Below, piece by piece: positions 8,263-14,502 of a DNA stretch of 14,502 bases (position 1 is the first letter of the stretch; each line of letters begins with the position of its first letter). The notes beneath the pieces were generated by a model that did no database searches, was not told the DNA's origin, and worked only from the letters and a program-made list of their open reading frames with translations. Position numbers and translations under genes: made by a program. The DNA is from Armatimonadota bacterium (GTDB taxonomy: Bacteria; Armatimonadota; Zipacnadia; Zipacnadales; UBA5352), in contig JAYENL010000035.1 in assembly GCA_034722055.1 (NCBI GenBank), positions 1 through 14,502 on the forward strand. The letters run 5' to 3'.

Positions 8263-9111
8263 ATGGGTCGGATACCTCCCATTGCAGTCATAGTTACCGG
8301 CCTCGTGGTGGTTATCGGCGCAGCGGCGGCCATGCTCTTCTTCCTGTACAAGCCCGCGCACGCGACGCTGGGTGAACTCAGGGACGAGTACCGCGAGGCG
8401 GAGAGGGTTGCCGATCAGCTCACGTCCGCGAAGGCCGAGCGTGACAAAGTGGCGGCCCAGTGGGAGGAGTACAAGGCGGAGCTGGACGAGCTCCGCGAGA
8501 AGCGGAGCATTCCCATCTCGTTCGGTCACCCCGCGGGCGCCATGGTGGCACTGTGGTATGAGTATCGCGAGGACCTCCCCCCGCTGATCGAGGACTGGGT
8601 GGAGTCCACCGGGTGCACGATAGAGAGCGGTCAGTCATTCCCCGCACCCGCCATGACCCCGCCCTCGCTGCCGCCCAGCGGCTTTCTGCAGGTCCCGCAG
8701 CAGTCTATCACCCTCACCGTCAGCGGGAGCCTCAGCGCCATCGAGCGCCTCTACCGGTCGCTGGAGCGGTTCCCCCGGGTCGTAACGGTCAGCCAGCTCG
8801 TGCTGGAGGCGGCGGATGAGACGGGGAACGTGCTGCGGGCGCAGGTGCCGATGAAGTTCTATCTGCTGGTTGAGGCTCCCGAGAGCATGCTTGGGGGCGC
8901 TGGCGCAGCCGCCGGGGCGGCCGGCGCAGGGATGGGCATGGGTCCAGAGGGTATGGGTCCAGGCATGGGTATGGGTCCCGAAGGCATGCCGCCGGGCGAG
9001 ATGGGGCCTGGCGGGATGGGTCCCGAAGGGATGCCCGGTGAGGGGATGCCGCCCGGAGGTGGCCCGCCAGGAGAGGTTGGTGCCGGCGGCGCGGGGCCGG
9101 AAGCGCCCTGA
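8263..9111 (+). CDS. pilO: Type IV pilus assembly protein PilO-like with Met/Gly/Pro-rich tail
   Basis: N-terminal TM ending FFLYKP, coiled coil, and PilO-like ITLTVSGSLSAIERLYRSLERFPRVVTVSQLVL. Follows pilN; GGAG elements upstream of the ATG. Confidence 0.85.
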   Translation: MGRIPPIAVIVTGLVVVIGAAAAMLFFLYKPAHATLGELRDEYREAERVADQLTSAKAERDKVAAQWEEYKAELDELREKRSIPISFGHPAGAMVALWYEYREDLPPLIEDWVESTGCTIESGQSFPAPAMTPPSLPPSGFLQVPQQSITLTVSGSLSAIERLYRSLERFPRVVTVSQLVLEAADETGNVLRAQVPMKFYLLVEAPESMLGGAGAAAGAAGAGMGMGPEGMGPGMGMGPEGMPPGEMGPGGMGPEGMPGEGMPPGGGPPGEVGAGGAGPEAP

Positions 9112-9149
9112 GAGAAGTTGGCCCGATCCCTGTTGCGGATCGAGGCATC

Positions 9150-9158
9150 TGGTATAAT
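9150..9158 (+). promoter_or_regulatory. Putative internal extended -10 promoter (TGnTATAAT)
   Basis: TGGTATAAT, a perfect extended -10 consensus, in the gap between the pilO stop (9111) and the probable GTG start at 9199. No well-spaced -35. Confidence 0.5.
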
Positions 9159-9198
9159 GGATAGCGAGACCACTGCCACAGCCGGAAAAGGATCAACC

Positions 9199-10074
9199 GT
9201 GATCGGAGAGCAGAAGGCGAAGGTGCTGTTCGCGGGCGGCGTGGCGTTGTTTCTCACGGGCCTGGTTGTTCTGATGCTGGTGGTCGTGCCAGCGGCACAG
9301 CGTACGCAGGTGGCCATGGCACAGGAGCCGCCGGAGGGGGTGCCGCCCGGTGAGCCGGGGATGCCGGGTGGCCCTGGAGGCCCGGAGGGAATGGCTGGCG
9401 AGCCGGGGATGCCGCCTGGCGGGCCGGGAATGCCGGGCGGTCCCGGCGGCATGGAGGGGATGCCCGGCGAGGGGATGGGCATGGGGATGGGGGCCGGCAC
9501 GGGCAGGGAGCAGCCGGCGGCGCCGACGGTGCCGCCGGAGGTCGGGCCACCCCTGGAGGCAAGCCGACCCAACCCCTTTGCGCCGCGGGCCGCGGTGGGG
9601 GTGGAAGAGGCTGAGGTGATGGCCGGCACGACCTACGGGCCGGACTGGAGCCAACTGCCTATTGCCGAACGAGTGGCCTTCGTGCGACCGGACATTCCGC
9701 CGGTGCGCACCCCGCCGGCGCCGTCGATCCCTCGCGCCCCCGAGGAGGCCATCCGGATCACGAGCATTCTGTGGGATGCGTCCGGTCAGGCTCAGGCGGC
9801 GTATGAGGATCCGGAGGGCGAGACCGGGGTCCTCAAGCCCGGGGACAGGATTCAGGGCATGACGGTGACGGAGATCACGCGGAAGGGCGTACGGCTGGAG
9901 AATGCGCAAACGGGTGAGGTCCAGGAGCTGGAGCTGAGGCCGCGGGCGAAGAAGAAGGAAGAGCCGCGGCGGCAGCAGAGACCGAGGCGAGAGCGGCGTG
10001 AGGGTGGTGCCCGCAGCGGGGGCGCCCGCAGGCGTCCGCCGGGCCAGTTCCCGGCCGCTCCGCCAGCTCCATAG
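9199..10074 (+). CDS. PilP-like / GspC-HR-like protein, TM-anchored, no lipobox
   Basis: GTG 9199 preceded by AAAGGA, in frame with the ORF-track start 9118. One TM helix, Met/Gly/Pro linker, RPNPF (cf. PilP RDPF), and a beta-domain RITSILWDASGQAQAAYEDPEGETGVLKPGDRIQGMTVTEITRKGVRL. Occupies the pilP position. Confidence 0.7.
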   Translation: MIGEQKAKVLFAGGVALFLTGLVVLMLVVVPAAQRTQVAMAQEPPEGVPPGEPGMPGGPGGPEGMAGEPGMPPGGPGMPGGPGGMEGMPGEGMGMGMGAGTGREQPAAPTVPPEVGPPLEASRPNPFAPRAAVGVEEAEVMAGTTYGPDWSQLPIAERVAFVRPDIPPVRTPPAPSIPRAPEEAIRITSILWDASGQAQAAYEDPEGETGVLKPGDRIQGMTVTEITRKGVRLENAQTGEVQELELRPRAKKKEEPRRQQRPRRERREGGARSGGARRRPPGQFPAAPPAP

Positions 10075-10131
10075 TCGGATAGCTTCGAAGCAGTCATACC
10101 AGGCGCGGGGCAGCGGCTGGAGGTAGGCAGA

Positions 10132-10950
10132 ATGTTGATGAAGAGAGCTGTATGGGCGGCGATCGTCGCCATCATGGTGGCGGCGCTGATGGCGGCGCCG
10201 GCGATGGCACAGGAGGAGCAGCCCCGGATCACCGTTGACTTCAACGGGGAGACGCTCAACCAGGTGCTGCAGATGTTCCGCCGCGCGTATGATCTGGAAT
10301 ACACGCTGGGCGAGGACGTGGACCCGGAGACCCAGATCTACACCTATCTGGTGGATGTACCTCTGCAGCAGGCTCTGACGTCTATCCTGGAGCCGAACGG
10401 TCTGCAGGCGATTGAGCAGAATGGGCGCTACGTCATCCGCCAGCGCAAGGAGCCCGAGGCGCGGGAGGCAGAGGAGGGGGAGGTGGTGCCTCGCGCAGCG
10501 ACTGAGGGCCGAACGCCTCCGCCACGGCCGACCCGGGAGACACAGTCCTACGTCCCCGGCGCCCAGGGCGATGGTGGCGAGGACGAGGAAGAGGAAGAGC
10601 GCGACGAGGTCCTGGAGATCATCTGGACGAAGCATCTGGGCGCTGACATGGCCTCCCTGATCTTCGGCGGCCAGGTGATTGAGGCCGGCGGCTATTACGG
10701 GGGCGGCGGTGGCGGCGGCGGATACGGCGGCCGTGGCGGCTACGGTGGCCGCGGTGGATACGGCGGCGGCTACGGCGGCCGCGGCGGGTATGGCGGCTAC
10801 GGCGGCCGCGGCGGGTATGGCGGCCGCGGCGGCCGCGGCGGCCGCGGCGGCTACGGCGGGAGCAGCTTCGGGCGCAGCGGCGGCTACGGCGGGAGCAGCT
10901 TCGGGCGTAGCGGCAGCTACGGCGGGAGCAGCTTGGGCCGCAACTACTGA
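10132..10950 (+). CDS. Secreted STN/secretin-N-terminal-like protein with Gly/Arg/Tyr (RGG/YGG) C-terminal tail
   Basis: RBS GGAGGT, signal peptide ending PAMA|Q, STN-like domain (ITVDFNGETLNQVLQMF...DVPLQQALTSIL...NGRYVI), acidic linker, N-domain-like beta-alpha, then a long Gly-rich repeat tail. Confidence 0.8.
   Translation: MLMKRAVWAAIVAIMVAALMAAPAMAQEEQPRITVDFNGETLNQVLQMFRRAYDLEYTLGEDVDPETQIYTYLVDVPLQQALTSILEPNGLQAIEQNGRYVIRQRKEPEAREAEEGEVVPRAATEGRTPPPRPTRETQSYVPGAQGDGGEDEEEEERDEVLEIIWTKHLGADMASLIFGGQVIEAGGYYGGGGGGGGYGGRGGYGGRGGYGGGYGGRGGYGGYGGRGGYGGRGGRGGRGGYGGSSFGRSGGYGGSSFGRSGSYGGSSLGRNY
10765..10944 (+). repeat. In-frame tandem repeats encoding the GGY/RGG/GSSFGRS tail
   Basis: Two identical 27-bp units GGCGGCTACGGCGGCCGCGGCGGGTAT (10765-10818), three GGCGGCCGC (10819-10845), three near-identical 33-bp units (10846-10944, GGYGGSSFGRS-like). 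Confidence 0.9.
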
Positions 10951-10959
10951 CGTGCCTCC

Positions 10960-10994
10960 GGCGGCTCACAGGGCGGGTAGCGTGTGAGCCCGTC
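10960..10994 (+). other. Intergenic stem-loop between the STN-like gene and the secretin gene
   Basis: GGCTCACA (10963-10970) is the reverse complement of TGTGAGCC (10983-10990); the stem can extend with a bulge. No U-tract. Confidence 0.5.
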
Positions 10995-11060
10995 AGGTTC
11001 CATGCGCACCGATGGGGGAGAAGGCGTTGTCGGTCACGACATGCTAGGGAGGGCCCAAAG

Positions 11061-12740
11061 GTGACGCTCCGAAATCGGCGGATGAAGCGCCTGACCGTAG
11101 CGTGCATCGCATTCACGATCATACTCGGGATCGGTGCAGTCGCAGCAGTGACTGCTGAGGAGGCCGCGGGGCAGGAGCAGCGGCTGATCAACATCGATGT
11201 GCGCGACATGGAGATCAGCGACGTCCTGCGAATGCTCGGCAAGGCGGCCAACGTCAACATTATCGTCGGTCATGGGGTCGCCGGCGAGATAGAGACGCTG
11301 ACACTGCACGACGTCTCGGTGGAGAGGGCGCTGCGGCTGATCACCGAGTCCGAAGGCTACCACTGGCGGCAGGACGACAACGTCTACGTCGTCAGCGCGG
11401 AGCCACCAGCGGTCGAAGAGGAGCAAGTGGAGCCGGCGACGGAGGTCGAGCCGCAGGTGGCGACCGCCAATCGACAGGCTCCCGAGGATGAGACTGTTAC
11501 TCCGACGGCGATCGTTCCCCCACCGCCGGAGGAGGACTACGCGACTCAGCCGCCGATGCCGTCGGAGCAGCCCAAGATCATTACCGAGCTCATGGAGCTG
11601 CGGTACGCCACAGCCAGCGAGGTGGCCGCGCTGTTCGGAGGCGCGCCGGCCCCGAGCAGCACGCTGCTGCGGTCACGCGGAGCCGGTGTCTACCCGTCCG
11701 GGGGATCGTACAGCAGTCTGGGGCGATTCGAGACGTACACCGGCGGCAGCCGTCTCGGGCCGCACGGTTTGGCGCAGTTCGGTGAGGACGTGGGCGGCGC
11801 GGGCGGCAGGGGGGTTACGGGCGGCGGCCTTGGCGGTGGATTGACCGGAACCGGAGCCCGGGCTACCACGACAGGTGCGGGCGGTCGCGGGGTGGGCGCC
11901 GGCGGGACGATCACCCTCCCGGGCGAGATGGAACCCCCCGTGGCGATCATGAGCCATAACGCGCTGCTGGTGCGTGGGACCCGCGAGGAGCTCGACCAGT
12001 TCCGCGAGATGCTGGCCCTGCTGGATATGCCGCAGAAGCAGGTGGAGATCTCCACGAAGTGGATCGACGTGTCCACCAAGGCGTCCAAGGCCCTGGGTAT
12101 CGACTGGGCCGTGACGAACGGGGCGCTGGAGATCTTCAACCTGGGCTTTGCCCCAGGCGAGGCCGCGAACAACGGCGTGCGCTACGGCCGGGGCCGATGG
12201 TGGGCGGAGCTGGCGGTGCTGCAGAACAACAGCCAGGCGACGGTCATCAACGAGCCGCGCGTGACCTGCATGAACGGGATGCCGGGGATGATCGCCTTTG
12301 AGACGGAGATCCCCTACTTCGCCGCGACGATCAGCTACAATCAGTTCGGTCAGCGGACCGTGGACTTCACCTCTGAGTTCGTGGACGTCGCGAACGAGCT
12401 GTGGGTCGTGCCGCAGATCAACCCCGACGACAGCATCAAGATGCAGCTCTCGCCACAGCTTCAGGACCAGGTCGGCACCGTGGAGGGTCCGAACGGCGAG
12501 CGAATCCCGATCGTGACGACTCAGTACGTGGAGACGATGGTGCGGGTAAAGGATGGCGAGACGATCGTGCTGGGTGGCGTCATCCGCAAGGACGAGAGCA
12601 TCAACCTCCGCAGCACCCCGCTGCTGTCGGAGATACCAATCATTGGCAAGCTCTTCCAGGCGCGGCGGACGGAGATCAATGACACGGAGCTGCTGATCTT
12701 CGTGACGCCGAAGATCGTGCGGGATCAGGCCACGACGTAA
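11061..12740 (+). CDS. pilQ: Outer-membrane secretin (PilQ/GspD family)
   Basis: RBS GGGAGGG and GTG start, signal peptide, STN/N0 domain, N3-like domain (ELRYATASEV...NALLVRGTREELDQFREMLALLDMPQKQVEI), secretin domain with VKDGETIVLGG, PLLSEIPIIGKLF, ELLIFVTPKIV. The pilQ name rests on synteny with pilMNO. Confidence 0.92.
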   Translation: MTLRNRRMKRLTVACIAFTIILGIGAVAAVTAEEAAGQEQRLINIDVRDMEISDVLRMLGKAANVNIIVGHGVAGEIETLTLHDVSVERALRLITESEGYHWRQDDNVYVVSAEPPAVEEEQVEPATEVEPQVATANRQAPEDETVTPTAIVPPPPEEDYATQPPMPSEQPKIITELMELRYATASEVAALFGGAPAPSSTLLRSRGAGVYPSGGSYSSLGRFETYTGGSRLGPHGLAQFGEDVGGAGGRGVTGGGLGGGLTGTGARATTTGAGGRGVGAGGTITLPGEMEPPVAIMSHNALLVRGTREELDQFREMLALLDMPQKQVEISTKWIDVSTKASKALGIDWAVTNGALEIFNLGFAPGEAANNGVRYGRGRWWAELAVLQNNSQATVINEPRVTCMNGMPGMIAFETEIPYFAATISYNQFGQRTVDFTSEFVDVANELWVVPQINPDDSIKMQLSPQLQDQVGTVEGPNGERIPIVTTQYVETMVRVKDGETIVLGGVIRKDESINLRSTPLLSEIPIIGKLFQARRTEINDTELLIFVTPKIVRDQATT

Positions 12741-12781
12741 GGCTTCGCGCGCGTTCGGGCACCACATATGCGGACGTATCC

Positions 12782-12815
12782 CTGGCAACGGCACAGATGA
12801 TGTGCCGTTTGTCAG
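12782..12815 (+). terminator. Stem-loop between pilQ and aroC (possible weak terminator or processing stem)
   Basis: AACGGCACA (12787-12795) / TGTGCCGTT (12801-12809) with a 5-nt loop, extended by CTGGC/GTCAG past one bulged T. Only a short T run follows. Confidence 0.4.
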
Positions 12816-12830
12816 TAAGGGGCATTCGGT

Positions 12831-14030
12831 GTGCAGTCCATCGAGCTCATCACAGCGGGCGAGTCGCACGGCCCTCAGGTCACGGCGATCCTGACAGGAA
12901 TCCCTGCGGGCCTGGAGGTCTGTGCCGGGGAGATCGACCGCGACCTGGCGCGGCGCCAGGTGGGCTACGGGCGCGGCGGGCGGATGACGATAGAGCGCGA
13001 CCGAGTGCGCATCCCCGGCGGGATCCGACACGGGCGGACGCTGGGCTCGCCGATCTGCCTGGTCGTGGAGAATCGGGACTGGGAGAACTGGCGTGCTGAG
13101 ATGGGGGCCGAGGCGCCGCCGGAGGGCTGGCGGAGTGAGCGCGAGGTAACGGTCCCGCGCCCCGGCCACGCGGATCTGGCCGGTGCTGCCAAGTTCGGGC
13201 ATGCGGACATGCGCAATGTCCTTGAGCGCGCGAGTGCCCGGGAGACGGCCGCTCGGGTCGCCGCCGGCGCCGTCTGCCGGAAGCTGATCGGGGAGCTGGG
13301 CGTGCACGTTCGGTCCAGGGTAATCGCCATCGGTGGCGTGGAAGAAGAGCACTTCGACGGATCGGAGGAGTCGTGGCGGTCGGTGGAGGAGTCGGATGTG
13401 CGCTGCGCCGACCCCGAGCTGGCTGCCCAGATGCGTGCTGAGATCGATGGGGCGAAGCAGCGCGGGGACAGCCTGGGCGGGATGGTGGAGGTGGTCGCCG
13501 ACGGACTGCCGCCCGGGCTGGGGTCGCACGTGCAGTGGCAGTGGCGGCTGGACTCGCGCATCGGCGGCGCGATGCTGAGTATACCCGGCATCAAGGCCGT
13601 AGAGATCGGTGCGGGCTGGTCGGCGGCGGCGGTGCCCGGCTCTGAGGTGCATGATCCCATCGTCCGGGCCGAGGGGGATGTTGCCTGGCCGTTCGCCCGC
13701 ACGTCCAACAATGCCGGCGGGATCGAGGGAGGGATGACCAACGGCGAGCCGGTCGTGGTCCGGCTGGCAATGAAGCCCATTCCGACGCTGACAACGCCAC
13801 TGGCATCCGTGGATGTGAGAAGCGGGGAGGCGGTGCAGGCTCACGCCGAGCGGTCCGACGTGTGTGCGGTGCCGGCCGCGGGCGTCGTGGCGGAGGGGGT
13901 GCTGGCATTGGTGCTGGCCGACGCGGCGCGAGAGAAGTTCGGGGGCGACTGTGTGGCGGACATGTGCGCGGCTCACGAGCGGTATCTGGGCCGGCTGGGG
14001 CTACCGTGGCGGGGAGATGAGGAGGCGTGA
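12831..14030 (+). CDS. aroC: Chorismate synthase
   Basis: TAGESHGP, RRQVGYGRGGRM, PRPGHADL, ERASARETAARVAAG, NNAGGIEGGMTNG, MKPIPTL, ERSDVCAVPAAGVVAE signature motifs. Confidence 0.98.
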   Translation: MQSIELITAGESHGPQVTAILTGIPAGLEVCAGEIDRDLARRQVGYGRGGRMTIERDRVRIPGGIRHGRTLGSPICLVVENRDWENWRAEMGAEAPPEGWRSEREVTVPRPGHADLAGAAKFGHADMRNVLERASARETAARVAAGAVCRKLIGELGVHVRSRVIAIGGVEEEHFDGSEESWRSVEESDVRCADPELAAQMRAEIDGAKQRGDSLGGMVEVVADGLPPGLGSHVQWQWRLDSRIGGAMLSIPGIKAVEIGAGWSAAAVPGSEVHDPIVRAEGDVAWPFARTSNNAGGIEGGMTNGEPVVVRLAMKPIPTLTTPLASVDVRSGEAVQAHAERSDVCAVPAAGVVAEGVLALVLADAAREKFGGDCVADMCAAHERYLGRLGLPWRGDEEA

Positions 14031-14502
14031 TGCGGCTCCGACCTCCGGCCCGCGCCATCGCGCTCACCGGGTTCATGGCCACGGGGAAGACGACGGTGGG
14101 CCGGCTGCTGGCGCAGCGACTGGGTCTGGGCTTTGTCGATACCGACGAGATGATCGAGCGGACCGCGGGGCGGGAGATCGACGAGATCTTCGCCAGCGAG
14201 GGCGAGGAGCACTTCCGGGACCTGGAGAGCGCCGCACTGCAGGAGGCCCTGCGTGAGGGCGACCGCGTGATCAGCACGGGGGGCGGCATGCTGCTGCGGG
14301 AGGCGAACGTGCAGGCGCTCCGGGAGGCGGGCCCCATCATCTGCCTCACCGCCGAGCCGGAGGAGATCCTGCAGCGCACGGCCGGGGATGAAACCCGCCC
14401 GCTCCTGCAGGTGGCGGACCCGGCCCAGCGTATTGCCGAGTTGCTGGATGCGCGCCAGGAGGCCTATGCGCGCGCTGACTACCATGTGGAGACCACCGGC
14501 AG
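14030..14502 (+). CDS. aroK: Shikimate kinase (3'-truncated by the window end)
   Basis: ATG overlaps the aroC stop (TGATG), with GAGGAGG upstream. Translation MRLRPPARAIALTGFMATGKTTVGRLLA...FVDTDEMIE...EIFASEGEEHFRDLE...VISTGGG...RPLL gives Walker A and shikimate-binding motifs. Absent from the ORF track because there is no stop in the window. Confidence 0.96.
   Translation, partial: MRLRPPARAIALTGFMATGKTTVGRLLAQRLGLGFVDTDEMIERTAGREIDEIFASEGEEHFRDLESAALQEALREGDRVISTGGGMLLREANVQALREAGPIICLTAEPEEILQRTAGDETRPLLQVADPAQRIAELLDARQEAYARADYHVETTG

Noticed and set aside
7975..9510. Collagen-like triple-helix repeats
   Set aside because: Gly periodicity is irregular (GM, GP, GG mixes), not a sustained Gly-X-Y.
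10765..10944. CRISPR-like array
   Set aside because: Repeats are contiguous, in-frame coding units with no unique spacers.
10132..12740. Single secretin gene split by a frameshift or premature stop
   Set aside because: Each ORF has its own RBS, signal peptide and STN domain, and a 110-bp structured spacer separates them.
11673..13976. 767-aa minus-strand ORF, and similar long antisense ORFs (5832-7535, 4598-5974, 9193-10635)
   Set aside because: Antisense shadows of well-supported + strand genes, expected in high-GC DNA; Arg/His/Pro-rich with no recognisable motifs.
13864..14256. 130-aa + strand ORF across the aroC/aroK junction
   Set aside because: Out of frame with the clear shikimate kinase frame starting at 14030.

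Overview
GC-rich bacterial DNA with every credible gene on the + strand. An Armatimonadota-like origin is an inference from gene style and architecture only. In order: the 3' end of an upstream acidic CDS; a ~1790-aa signal-peptide protein with Cys-knuckle, Ca-loop, Ig-like and beta-propeller-like features; a sigma70-type promoter; a type IV pilus envelope operon (pilM, pilN, pilO, a TM-anchored PilP-like gene, an extra secretin-N-terminus-like gene, the secretin pilQ); then aroC and a 3'-truncated aroK. Most unusual are (i) a standalone secreted paralog of the secretin N-terminus (STN + first beta-alpha of N3) ending in an RGG/YGG repeat tail instead of a barrel, (ii) related Met/Gly/Pro low-complexity segments in the PilN, PilO and PilP-like proteins, so that every pil-operon component in the window carries a predicted disordered insert, and (iii) the giant Cys-knuckle/Ca-loop protein as a candidate non-canonical PilY1-like adhesin. 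No pilin, PilB/PilT ATPase, PilC, RNA gene, CRISPR array or mobile element was recognised.
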